Positions 6,791 through 14,755 of a stretch of 47,797 nucleotides of DNA are shown here, in pieces. The notes beneath the pieces were generated by a model. The model saw only the letters and a program-made list of their open reading frames with translations. It was not told where the DNA came from and did no database searches. Source of the stretch: an uncultured Candidatus Saccharibacteria bacterium (GTDB taxonomy: Bacteria; Patescibacteriota; Minisyncoccia; RBG-13-40-8-A; JAUWHN01); NCBI GenBank assembly GCA_964426965.1, contig CAYRSI010000001.1:1-47797 (forward strand). The letters run 5' to 3'. Position numbers and translations under genes: made by a program. Position 1 is the first letter of the stretch, and each line of letters starts with the position of its first letter.

Positions 6791-7975
6791 TTACTTTACA
6801 ATTTTCGTTACCACGCCCGCTCCGACTGTCTTCCCTCCTTCTCTAATAGCAAATCTTTGCTTCTCTTCAAGAGCGACTGGCGCCATTAACTTAACTTTTA
6901 AATTAACAGTATCACCTGGCATTACCATTTCGGTTCCTTCGGGAAGAGTTGCCTCTCCGGTAACGTCAGTAGTTCGGATATAAAACTGGGGTTTATAGCC
7001 AGTGAAGAAAGGGGTGTGACGACCACCTTCTTCCTTGGTTAAAATATATATCTCCCCCTCGAATTCAGTATGAGGAGTTACGCTTTTGGGCTTGGCTATT
7101 ACCTGCCCTCGTTCAACGTCCTCTTTCTTTGTTCCTCGAAGCAAAATTCCGGCATTATCTCCAGCCCGTCCTTCATCCAACGACTTATTAAACATCTCAA
7201 TGCCAGTAATCACAGTCTTTTGGGTATCGCGCAAACCAATAATTTCTACTTCTTCATTAATCTTTAGAATTCCTCTTTCAATTCTTCCAGTAACCACGGT
7301 TCCTCGCCCTTCAATCGAAAAAATATCCTCAATCGGCATAAGAAATGGTTTGTCAACCTCTCGCTTTGGTTCAGGAATATTTTCGTCAAGAGCTTTAAGC
7401 AATTCATCAATTGATTTCATTTCCTCTTCTGAGCCTTCCATTGCCTTTAGAGAAGAACCCTTAATTACTGGAATTTTATCGCCATCAAACTCATATTTGG
7501 TCAAAAGCTCTCTTATTTCTGTTTCAACTAAATCTATAAGTTCAGGATCATCCACCTGATCGGTTTTGTTAAGATAAACAACGATAGAAGGCACGCCTAC
7601 TTGACGAGCAAGAAGAATATGCTCTCGAGTCTGAGGCATTGGCCCGTCAGCAGCTGAAACTACTAATATTGCTCCGTCCATTTGAGCAGCGCCGGTAATC
7701 ATATTCTTAATATAATCAGCATGACCAGGTGCATCAATGTGAGCATAATGCCTCTTATCTGTTTCATATTCAACATGAGCAAGAGCAATGGTAATACCTC
7801 GCTCTTTTTCTTCTGGGGCGTTATCAATTTCATCTACGCCCTTTTCCGAGGCTCTAAGCCCCTTTGATTTTTGTCTTTTAAGTATAGCTGCAGTCAACGT
7901 GGTTTTACCATGGTCAACATGACCAATGGTTCCCACGTTAAGATGCGGCTTTGTTCTTTCAAATTTTTCCGCCAT
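6791..7975 (-). CDS. tuf: elongation factor Tu
   Basis: 394 aa with [15 protein letters not shown] and NKTD motifs. Confidence 0.98.
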   Translation of the reverse strand: MAEKFERTKPHLNVGTIGHVDHGKTTLTAAILKRQKSKGLRASEKGVDEIDNAPEEKERGITIALAHVEYETDKRHYAHIDAPGHADYIKNMITGAAQMDGAILVVSAADGPMPQTREHILLARQVGVPSIVVYLNKTDQVDDPELIDLVETEIRELLTKYEFDGDKIPVIKGSSLKAMEGSEEEMKSIDELLKALDENIPEPKREVDKPFLMPIEDIFSIEGRGTVVTGRIERGILKINEEVEIIGLRDTQKTVITGIEMFNKSLDEGRAGDNAGILLRGTKKEDVERGQVIAKPKSVTPHTEFEGEIYILTKEEGGRHTPFFTGYKPQFYIRTTDVTGEATLPEGTEMVMPGDTVNLKVKLMAPVALEEKQRFAIREGGKTVGAGVVTKIVK

Positions 7976-7980
7976 ATTTT

Positions 7981-8053
7981 TAGCTTCTTAGCTTGTAGCT
8001 TGTAGCTTCTTAGAATTCCTAAAAAGCTAAAAAGCTAATTCCTAAAAAGCTAG
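7981..8053. repeat. AGCT-word spacer element, copy f (opposite orientation to copy a)
   Basis: TAGCTTGTAGCTTGTAGCTTCTTAGAATTCCTAAAAAGCTAAAAAGCTA equals the reverse complement of part of 104-176. The arms can fold as an imperfect hairpin around GAATTC. Confidence 0.9.
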
Positions 8054-8123
8054 ATTAGTTTTCAATGATTAGTTTAACGTTTATTTTAAAATATGTCAAC
8101 TATCTTTGACGTTTTCGACCTTT

Positions 8124-10229
8124 TTATTTCTTTTTACCCTCAATCACCTCCTGGGCAACATTTGAAGGCACCTTGGCATAGTAGTCAAATTCCATGGTGA
8201 AAGTTCCCCTTCCCTGCGTCATAGAACGAAGCTGAGTAGCATAACCAAACATTTCAGCCAAAGGAACTTTGGCGTTAATTACTTTCATATTAACACGATC
8301 TTCCATTTTTTCAATCCTCGCTCGTTTGCTATTTAAATCCCCGGTTACCTCACCCATAAATTCTTGAGGCATAACCACTTCAATTCTCATAATGGGTTCC
8401 AATAACACTAAATCAGCTCTTTTAACAGCTTCTTGAAAAGCCATTGAACCGGCAATCTTAAAAGCTGATTCAGAAGAATCTACTTCGTGAAAAGAACCAT
8501 CATATAAAGTTGCCTTAGTATCAACTAGGGGATAACCGGCTAAGATTCCTTTGTCCATAGCTTCTTTAACTCCTTTTTGAACTGCTGGAATAAATTCTTG
8601 GGGAATAATTCCTCCTTTTATCGCATTAACAAATTCGAATCCTTTGCCCTGTTCAAGCGGTTCAACCCTTAACCAAACATGTCCATATTGACCCCGGCCT
8701 CCAGTCTGACGAATATATTTCGCCTCGGCTTCAGCCATTTTCTTGATTGTTTCCTTATAAGCTACTTGGGGGCGGCCGATATTGGCATCTACTTTAAACT
8801 CTCTAAGCATTCTATCCACTAAAATTTCCAAATGCAATTCTCCCATTCCTGAAATTATTGTCTGACCGGTTTCTTCATCAGCTTTTATCTTAAAGGTTGG
8901 ATCTTCTTCTGCTAATCTCTTTAGAGCTAAACTCATTTTTTCCTGATCGGCTTTAGTTTTTGGCTCAATAGAAATAGAAATAACTGGTTCAGGAAAAGTA
9001 ATTTTTTCTAAAACAATAGGATTACTTGGATCGCATAAAGTGTCTCCTGTGGTCGTGCCCTTTAATCCAACTGCTGCGCCAATTTCTCCGGCATATATTT
9101 CTTTTACTTCCTCGCGTTTATCAGCATGCATTCGTAATATTCGTCCTATTCTTTCTTTTTGCCCGCTTATAGAATTTAAAACATAAGAACCAGCAACCAA
9201 TGTTCCAGAATAAACCCGAAAATAGGTTAAACTGCCAACATAAGGATCAGTGGCAACTTTAAATGCCAAGGCAGAAAAAGGAGCATCGTCTTTTGCTTCC
9301 CGGGATAATGCCTTTTCGGTTTTTGGTTCAAGCCCTTGCGCTGAAGGCAAATCTGTAGGAGAAGGCAAATAATATATTATGGCATCAATCAAGAGCTGGA
9401 CTCCTTTATTTTTTAAAGATGAGCCGCAAAAAACCGGGACTAATTTATAGTCAATTACTGCCTTTCGCAAGATCTTCCTAAGCTCGTCTATGCTGATTTC
9501 TTCCCCTGCTAAGTATTTTTCCATCAATTTATCGTCATGTTCAACAATTCTCTCAATTAATTCGCTTCTTCGTTTTTCTGCTTCTTGTTTTAATTCTTCG
9601 GGGATTTCTTTTTCAATCACTTCTTCTCCCTGCTCTCCTTCAAAATAATAGGCCTTTTGAAATAAAAGATCTATCACTCCCTGGTGTTTGCCCTCCAAGC
9701 CAATAGGAATTTGTAACCTAACTGCATTTGGCGTTAATTTTTCTAAAATAGATTGAAAACTTTTTTCAAAATCAGCGCCTATTCTATCCAGTTTATTTAC
9801 AAAGCATATTCTTGGAACTTTAAACTTATCAGCCTGACGCCAAACTGTTTCTGACTGGGATTCTACGCCAGCGACTCCATCAAAAATAACTGCAGCCCCA
9901 TCCAAAACCCTTAAAGATCTTTGGACTTCGGCGGTAAAATCAATATGGCCCGGGGTATCAATAATATTAATTCTGTATTCGTTTTCTTTTTCTTTAGTCA
10001 AATATTCGCCTGGCGCCCAAAAACAAGTAGTAGCAGCAGAAGTAATAGTAATGCCTCTCTCTTTTTCCTGGGCCATCCAGTCCATAATTGCTTTCCCCTC
10101 ATGAACCTCGCCGATTTTATGAGAAATGCCGGTGTAAAAAAGCACCCGTTCAGTAACGGTTGTTTTGCCAGCATCAATGTGAGCAATAAAACCTATGTCC
10201 CTGTTTTTATCTATCGAATATTGCCTCAT
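8124..10229 (-). CDS. fusA: elongation factor G
   Basis: AHIDAGKTT and DTPGH motifs. Start set at ATG 10227-10229 ([10 protein letters not shown]...); the track uses an upstream GTG that overlaps rpsG. Confidence 0.97.
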   Translation of the reverse strand: MRQYSIDKNRDIGFIAHIDAGKTTVTERVLFYTGISHKIGEVHEGKAIMDWMAQEKERGITITSAATTCFWAPGEYLTKEKENEYRINIIDTPGHIDFTAEVQRSLRVLDGAAVIFDGVAGVESQSETVWRQADKFKVPRICFVNKLDRIGADFEKSFQSILEKLTPNAVRLQIPIGLEGKHQGVIDLLFQKAYYFEGEQGEEVIEKEIPEELKQEAEKRRSELIERIVEHDDKLMEKYLAGEEISIDELRKILRKAVIDYKLVPVFCGSSLKNKGVQLLIDAIIYYLPSPTDLPSAQGLEPKTEKALSREAKDDAPFSALAFKVATDPYVGSLTYFRVYSGTLVAGSYVLNSISGQKERIGRILRMHADKREEVKEIYAGEIGAAVGLKGTTTGDTLCDPSNPIVLEKITFPEPVISISIEPKTKADQEKMSLALKRLAEEDPTFKIKADEETGQTIISGMGELHLEILVDRMLREFKVDANIGRPQVAYKETIKKMAEAEAKYIRQTGGRGQYGHVWLRVEPLEQGKGFEFVNAIKGGIIPQEFIPAVQKGVKEAMDKGILAGYPLVDTKATLYDGSFHEVDSSESAFKIAGSMAFQEAVKRADLVLLEPIMRIEVVMPQEFMGEVTGDLNSKRARIEKMEDRVNMKVINAKVPLAEMFGYATQLRSMTQGRGTFTMEFDYYAKVPSNVAQEVIEGKKK

Positions 10230-10234
10230 GAACC

Positions 10235-10705
10235 CTACCACGCGAAATGGGCAAAAGCCTTGTTGGCCTCAGCCATTCGGTGAACATTTTGTCTTTTTTT
10301 AATTGCCTCGCCTTCATTTTTAGAGGCATCAATGAATTCCTGGGCAAGTTTTTCTGCCATTGGCTTGCCTTTTTTATTTTTAGCTACTCCAATAATCCAG
10401 CGCATAGCCAAGGCCTCTCTTCTCTCTCCTCTTACTTCATAGGGAACCTGATAATTAGCTCCTCCTACTCGTCGAGATTTAACCTCTAACACAGGAGAAA
10501 CATTATCTATGGCCTTGTTAAAAATTTCTAAAGGTTTCTCGGCTTTGATTTTAGACTTTATAATTTTCAAAGCATTATAAACTACCCGTTGAGCAACGGA
10601 TTTTTGACCCCCCTTCATCACATTATTAATAAACTTTGCTAATCTTACATCATTATATTTGGGGTCTGGGGCAATTTCTCTTTTGATAGCTTGTTTTCTT
10701 CTCAT
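10235..10705 (-). CDS. rpsG: 30S ribosomal protein S7
   Basis: 156 aa; [17 protein letters not shown]... through ...AFAHFAW. Confidence 0.96.
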   Translation of the reverse strand: MRRKQAIKREIAPDPKYNDVRLAKFINNVMKGGQKSVAQRVVYNALKIIKSKIKAEKPLEIFNKAIDNVSPVLEVKSRRVGGANYQVPYEVRGERREALAMRWIIGVAKNKKGKPMAEKLAQEFIDASKNEGEAIKKRQNVHRMAEANKAFAHFAW

Positions 10706-10711
10706 ATAATT

Positions 10712-11206
10712 TTATTCTTCGGGGTTAGTTTCTTTTTTTGACTCCTCTGCTGGTCCTTCCTCGCCACTTTCTCCTGTTTTCGGTTTAGCCGTTGCGCCCT
10801 CTCTTTTCGTCCCATATTTTGATCTCCGCTGTTTTCTTCCTTCTACTCCTTCAGTGTCCAACACTCCCCGAACAACATGATAACGAACTCCTGGCAAATC
10901 TTTAACTCGCCCTCCTCGGATTAAAACTACAGCATGTTCTTGAAGATTATGACCCTCGCCGGGAATATAAGCAGTTACTTCCATTCCATTGGTAAGTCGG
11001 ACCCGGGCTACTTTTCGAAGAGCAGAATTCGGCTTTTTAGGAGTTACAGTAGTCACCTTAATGCAAACACCTCTCTTAAATGGGGCGTGATACTTGGCTG
11101 GTCTATTTTTAAGTATGTTAAAACCCCTCCGCAAGGCCGGGACCTTAGGTTTCTTCTTTATCTTTTTTCTCGGTCTTTTGATTAATTGATGTATCGTAGG
11201 ACACAT
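10712..11206 (-). CDS. rpsL: 30S ribosomal protein S12 with an internal insertion and an acidic C-terminal tail
   Basis: [20 protein letters not shown]...[13 protein letters not shown] core. There are ~15 extra aa after PAL, and a ~30-aa E/G/K tail. Confidence 0.95.
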   Translation of the reverse strand: MCPTIHQLIKRPRKKIKKKPKVPALRRGFNILKNRPAKYHAPFKRGVCIKVTTVTPKKPNSALRKVARVRLTNGMEVTAYIPGEGHNLQEHAVVLIRGGRVKDLPGVRYHVVRGVLDTEGVEGRKQRRSKYGTKREGATAKPKTGESGEEGPAEESKKETNPEE

Positions 11207-11234
11207 ATGTTTAAAATTTTAATATGTATTTCTA

Positions 11235-11282
11235 AAATTAGCAAATATTTTGTTTTCTGTCAACTCCGACGTAACGTCGGAG
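11235..11282 (-). promoter_or_regulatory. Putative str-operon promoter (TTGACA-17-TAATTT) directly preceded by the palindrome CTCCGACGTAACGTCGGAG
   Basis: On the minus strand, -35 is at 11258-11263 and -10 at 11235-11240. The 19-bp palindrome is at 11264-11282, and a related palindrome is at 44877-44897. Confidence 0.5.
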
Positions 11283-11321
11283 TCAACAAGAATACCGGCA
11301 ATTTGCAATTACCGGTATTTG

Positions 11322-11747
11322 TTAAAAAATTTTGGATGTTAACCAATGTAATGCATTAGCCAGAATCGTAATTTTGTAAAATCTATTAAATACAAGACAA
11401 TGTAAAAGTAAAAGGCGACGCCCGCCCTCCTCTTCGTAGTTTTTATAGATTTTTCTCATAATAGCCGGGATTACTAATTGAGTAATTACTACGAATAAAC
11501 CCGGAATTACTAATAGAATCAATACCTCAAAGAGCCACATATCCCCTTCTAGCCCTGTCAGCTCCGCGCCGAATAAACCAAATGCTAAAATACTGATATA
11601 AAATATAAAGCCAATTACAAAAAGTTCTAAAAACAACTTCCACCATTTCAAATTTAATTTCTTGCAATATTTTTGACTAAATTTAACGCAAACTACAAAA
11701 GCCATGACAATGAATGCCATAAAGACCATGTCTTTTATGCTTAACAT
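11322..11747 (-). CDS. hypothetical membrane protein
   Basis: Start set at ATG 11745-11747, preceded by AAGGAGGTG. Several hydrophobic helices, no recognisable family. Confidence 0.6.
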   Translation of the reverse strand: MLSIKDMVFMAFIVMAFVVCVKFSQKYCKKLNLKWWKLFLELFVIGFIFYISILAFGLFGAELTGLEGDMWLFEVLILLVIPGLFVVITQLVIPAIMRKIYKNYEEEGGRRLLLLHCLVFNRFYKITILANALHWLTSKIF

Positions 11748-11780
11748 AAACACCTCCTTAATTAAATTATTAAAAAACAA

Positions 11781-12041
11781 CTAACTTATTCTTTTTTCTT
11801 TTTTTTTAGGATTTTTTAGAGAATAGATTAGGGAAATCCCGCTTAAAATAGCAGCCCCGCCATTTAAGATAATAAAAATCCAATCATTAATTTTAACTGC
11901 ATAAATAGTCAAAAGCACACAACCAGTGGTATACATGATGGCAAATCTCAAATCCATCCCAGATTTTTCGCGAATTGCCTTTATTGTCTGGGGGATCCAG
12001 CCGATTAATATTAAAATAAGTCCGATAATGCCAATATTCAT
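11781..12041 (-). CDS. PQ-loop / SemiSWEET-like 3-TM membrane protein
   Basis: 86 aa and 3 predicted TM helices. GWIPQTIKAIREKS is a PQ-loop motif after TM1. Confidence 0.6.
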   Translation of the reverse strand: MNIGIIGLILILIGWIPQTIKAIREKSGMDLRFAIMYTTGCVLLTIYAVKINDWIFIILNGGAAILSGISLIYSLKNPKKKEKRIS

Positions 12042-12089
12042 ATCCGTTCTTCTTAAAGCTTAAAAAATTATAGGATTTTTGTCAAACCT

Positions 12090-12698
12090 TTAAAATATAT
12101 AAGGGATAAACGTTGTTCCAACAAAAATTTTATAAATAAACTGAGCAATTGGGGGAAGAATTAGAATAGCAATAAAAAGAGCTAAAAATATTCCCATAAA
12201 ACCCATTTGTGAAAACTTTTGGGACTGTTTTGGGAAAAGATCCATTATTAATTTTGAACCATCAAGAGGAGGAATCGGAATAAGATTAAAAAGAGCAAGA
12301 AAAACATTAATATAAATAATCCAAGAAATAGCAATATAAAAAGATCCCCCAATTGGTACAAGGCGAAAAATAAGAGCAAAAATTAAGACAAGTAGAAAAT
12401 TAGCTCCTGGGCCAGCAAGGGCGATTTTTGTTGAACCCCATTTTTGATCGCGGAGATTATGGGGATTGTAAGGGACTGGTTTTGCCCAACCAATAAATCC
12501 CCCGACAAAAAACAACAAGAAAAGAGGAATTATCACTGTTCCCATTGGGTCAATGTGCTTTAAGGGATTTAAAGTCAAACGGCCAGCATATTTAGCAGTC
12601 GGATCACCAAGAACATTTGCCATCCAGGCATGAAAAAATTCATGAAAAATAGCAGAAAAGATTATGATAATATATAGAAATATTTTGAATTCTACCAT
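12090..12698 (-). CDS. site-2 protease family (M50-like) membrane metalloprotease
   Basis: HEFFHAWMA (HExxH inside a TM helix) and NLIPIPPLDGSK. Confidence 0.85.
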   Translation of the reverse strand: MVEFKIFLYIIIIFSAIFHEFFHAWMANVLGDPTAKYAGRLTLNPLKHIDPMGTVIIPLFLLFFVGGFIGWAKPVPYNPHNLRDQKWGSTKIALAGPGANFLLVLIFALIFRLVPIGGSFYIAISWIIYINVFLALFNLIPIPPLDGSKLIMDLFPKQSQKFSQMGFMGIFLALFIAILILPPIAQFIYKIFVGTTFIPYIF

Positions 12699-12741
12699 AT
12701 TGTTGCAAAAAGAATAAAATTAGGATATCATATAAAAGACT

Positions 12742-12930
12742 ATGGCTAATGTTTGTCCATTATGTGGAAAAAAATCAATGGTTGTGGTTATTAGAAAAAA
12801 ACTTCGTGGTAAGTATAACCCAACCGGCAAAAAAAGAAAATACCCCAATCTTCAATGGGTAAGATTACCATCAGGAAGAAGGGTAAGGGCATGTGCAAAA
12901 TGTATTAAGGCAATGATGAAAATGAAGTAG
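12742..12930 (+). CDS. rpmB: 50S ribosomal protein L28 (zinc-ribbon form)
   Basis: 62 aa; CPLCGK...YPNLQWVRL...CAKCIK. The PNLQ motif and basic composition fit L28. Confidence 0.75.
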   Translation: MANVCPLCGKKSMVVVIRKKLRGKYNPTGKKRKYPNLQWVRLPSGRRVRACAKCIKAMMKMK

Positions 12931-12949
12931 CGGGGTAAGTCAGACTTGC

Positions 12950-13021
12950 CGGGGCGTAGTACAATGGTTAGTATGCGGGGCTGGGGGCCTCGTGATCCGG
13001 GTTCAATTCCCGGCGTCCCGA
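12950..13021 (+). tRNA. tRNA-Pro (anticodon GGG)
   Basis: Hand-folded cloverleaf. Acceptor CGGGGCG/CGTCCCG (one G-T pair), D arm GTAC-AATGGTTA-GTAT, anticodon stem CGGGG/CCTCG with loop CT-GGG-GG, T arm CCGGG-TTCAATT-CCCGG. No encoded CCA. Confidence 0.9.
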
Positions 13022-13071
13022 TTTGTGTCAAGGAAATTGAAAGACCCCTGAAAGACAGTTAGCTAAGGTTT

Positions 13072-13500
13072 ATGAAACTCAAAATTCATTTAATTGACCC
13101 TGATTTATCTGTGCCCAAATATCAAACAAATGGTTCGGCTGCTTTTGATTTATACGCGCGGGAAGACACGGTTATAAAATCAAAGGAAATTAAATTAGTG
13201 CCGGCAAATATAATTGTTAAAGTGCCAAAAGGTTATATGTTAATGATTGCGGCTCGCAGTAGTTTACCGATTAAAAAAGGATTGGTTTTGGCAAATGGTG
13301 TGGGGATTTTGGACCAGGATTATTGCGGCCCTGACGATGAGTTGAAGCTCGAACTTTTAAACATAACCGACAAAGAGGTCGAAGTTAAAAAAGGGGAAAG
13401 GTTGGCCCAGGCAATACCTGTAAAGATTGCCAAGGCGAAATTTGAAAAGATGGCAAAAAATACTTATAATTCGCGCGGCGGGGTAGGCTCTACTGGTTAA
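13072..13500 (+). CDS. dut: dUTP diphosphatase
   Basis: 142 aa with GSAAFDL, GVGILDQDY and C-terminal RGGVGSTG motifs. Confidence 0.92.
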   Translation: MKLKIHLIDPDLSVPKYQTNGSAAFDLYAREDTVIKSKEIKLVPANIIVKVPKGYMLMIAARSSLPIKKGLVLANGVGILDQDYCGPDDELKLELLNITDKEVEVKKGERLAQAIPVKIAKAKFEKMAKNTYNSRGGVGSTG

Positions 13501-13570
13501 TATTAAGCCTTACTGAACCCGAAGTCTTTTGAGAAAAAAGAATCCCGGGATTAATACCGGGATTAATGCT

Positions 13571-13612
13571 GGTATTCTTTATCTGGTATTCTTTATCTGG
13601 TATTCTTTATTA
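13571..13612. repeat. Tandem repeat (GGTATTCTTTATCT)x3
   Basis: Three 14-nt units read directly; the third ends in TTA. Confidence 0.9.
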
Positions 13613-13671
13613 GGATTATTATTAAGGATTGGGAGAAATAAACTCTACGTAACTTAATTTAAATTTAATCA

Positions 13672-13705
13672 TTCCGTATTTAATCCGATCGAGATAAATA
13701 CGGAA
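13672..13705. repeat. 34-nt hairpin TTCCGTATTT-N14(CGATCG)-AAATACGGAA, copy 1
   Basis: 10-bp arms. It is the reverse complement of the copy at 14348-14381 except for 2 nt. Confidence 0.85.
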
Positions 13706-13740
13706 GATCTAATATAGTCTAAAATATATAGTCTAAATTT

Positions 13741-14304
13741 ATGCCAATTAAACTTCCTGTTACAGAAAAATTTCTTTGGGGGCTGTTTAATTTTGTAGAT
13801 GCAGCTGAAGAAATATTAAACTTTTTTATAACTGATCAACCCTATGGATTCAGAAGACTTGAACAATTCAGCTGGCCTGAAATTAAACTCTTTCAGAGTA
13901 ACTGGGAATTTCAATGCAAAAAAAAGAAAAAGAATTTTGCCAAATTGGTTTATGATCTTAAGCAGGGCGGATATATTAAAACTATTAAAATCAAAAATGA
14001 TTCAGCTGTTATGCTTACGCCTAAAGGAATAGATAAAGTTTTTACTATAAAAATGAGACTGGCAGATAAGAAACGAAGGATAGATAAAAAATGGCAGATG
14101 GTTCTTTTTGATATTCCGGAAAAGAAAAGAAAGCAAAGGGATATGTTTAGAAAAAATCTTCAATATTTAGGCTACAAAAAACTTCAAAGAAGTATCTGGG
14201 TTTGCCCATATGATGTGTTAAATGAAACAAAAGATTTGATTAAAAGATATAGGCTTGAGCCGCATGTGGAATTATTATTAGTTAAAAAAATTGGTCTTGG
14301 CTAG
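13741..14304 (+). CDS. PaaX-like regulator (winged helix plus PaaX-C / Cas2-like ferredoxin fold)
   Basis: WQMVLFDIPEKKRKQRDMFRKNLQYLGYKKLQRSIWVCP matches the PaaX C-terminal domain pattern. The N-terminal part has a wHTH-like segment. Confidence 0.7.
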   Translation: MPIKLPVTEKFLWGLFNFVDAAEEILNFFITDQPYGFRRLEQFSWPEIKLFQSNWEFQCKKKKKNFAKLVYDLKQGGYIKTIKIKNDSAVMLTPKGIDKVFTIKMRLADKKRRIDKKWQMVLFDIPEKKRKQRDMFRKNLQYLGYKKLQRSIWVCPYDVLNETKDLIKRYRLEPHVELLLVKKIGLG

Positions 14305-14347
14305 ATAAGCTCAGATAGTATTTATTCTATTTTATGAAAATATTTAA

Positions 14348-14381
14348 TTCCGTATTTATCTCGATCGGAAAAAATACGGAA
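14348..14381. repeat. 34-nt hairpin TTCCGTATTT-N14(CGATCG)-AAATACGGAA, copy 2 (inverted)
   Basis: See 13672-13705. The two copies bracket the PaaX-like gene. Confidence 0.85.
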
Positions 14382-14442
14382 TTTATTCTTGTAAAAAATT
14401 TTGATTGTGTTAACATAAAATCTTAAAATCGTTCTTTAAAAA

Positions 14443-14502
14443 GCCTAAACCCGTTGGGGCCGAGCTAGGGCCCGAACAAAACAAATTTTATTTTAGGGGA
14501 GT
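14443..14502 (+). promoter_or_regulatory. Conserved 5' leader motif, copy A (CCTAAACCCGTTGGG...GGCCCGAACAAAAYAAATTTTRTTTTAGGG)
   Basis: Near-identical to 18778-18830. The 5' CCTAAA can pair with the TTTAGG that overlaps the SD. A putative promoter TTGATT-17-TAAAAT at 14401-14429 places it in the 5' UTR. Confidence 0.55.
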
Positions 14503-14507
14503 AAATA

Positions 14508-14720
14508 ATGATAATTAAAGCAACAGAAAAGGATTTTACTGAACATGTAAAAAGAATATGCCGAAGCAATATCCAGAAAGGTATTAAAATATGTCTACTT
14601 TGTCCTTTCAGAAAAGATGCTTTGGAGATTATGAAAAAGCACAATTGGAAGTTGCCAGAACCAGAAAAGTTAAAGAGCAACATAAAGACTTGCTCTTTTT
14701 TTTATTTTAAGCTAAACTAA
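14508..14720 (+). CDS. hypothetical small protein (70 aa, Cys-containing)
   Basis: SD AGGGGAG lies 6 nt upstream. The ORF ends inside a terminator-like hairpin AGAGCA-N10-TGCTCT followed by a T-run. Confidence 0.45.
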   Translation: MIIKATEKDFTEHVKRICRSNIQKGIKICLLCPFRKDALEIMKKHNWKLPEPEKLKSNIKTCSFFYFKLN

Positions 14721-14755
14721 AAGTGTTGATTGTTAAGTGTTAATTGTTATTCATT

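Noticed and set aside
7086-7559. Long plus-strand ORFs antisense to tuf. Similar shadow ORFs include 4476-4700, 5042-5329, 9921-10283, 16573-16932, 17243-17638, 23432-23908, 25694-26029, 32817-33224, 40203-40616, 41168-41464, 42550-42840, 44289-44726 and 46541-46792.
   Set aside because: They lie entirely opposite well-supported genes, have low-complexity or Ser/Leu/Phe-rich composition, lack an SD and match no recognisable family. These are typical antisense shadows in AT-rich DNA.
13571-13612. Possible CRISPR array. The candidates were the tandem repeats here and at 105-170, 24513-24540 and 31241-31268.
   Set aside because: The units are 7-14 nt and directly abutting, with no unique spacers. 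No cas genes are present. They are simple short tandem repeats.
13741-14304. A Cas2 gene, or a CRISPR-Cas remnant.
   Set aside because: The VLFDIPE...QRSIWVCP segment is the PaaX C-terminal (Cas2-like fold) domain and is preceded by a wHTH region. No Cas1 or array is nearby.
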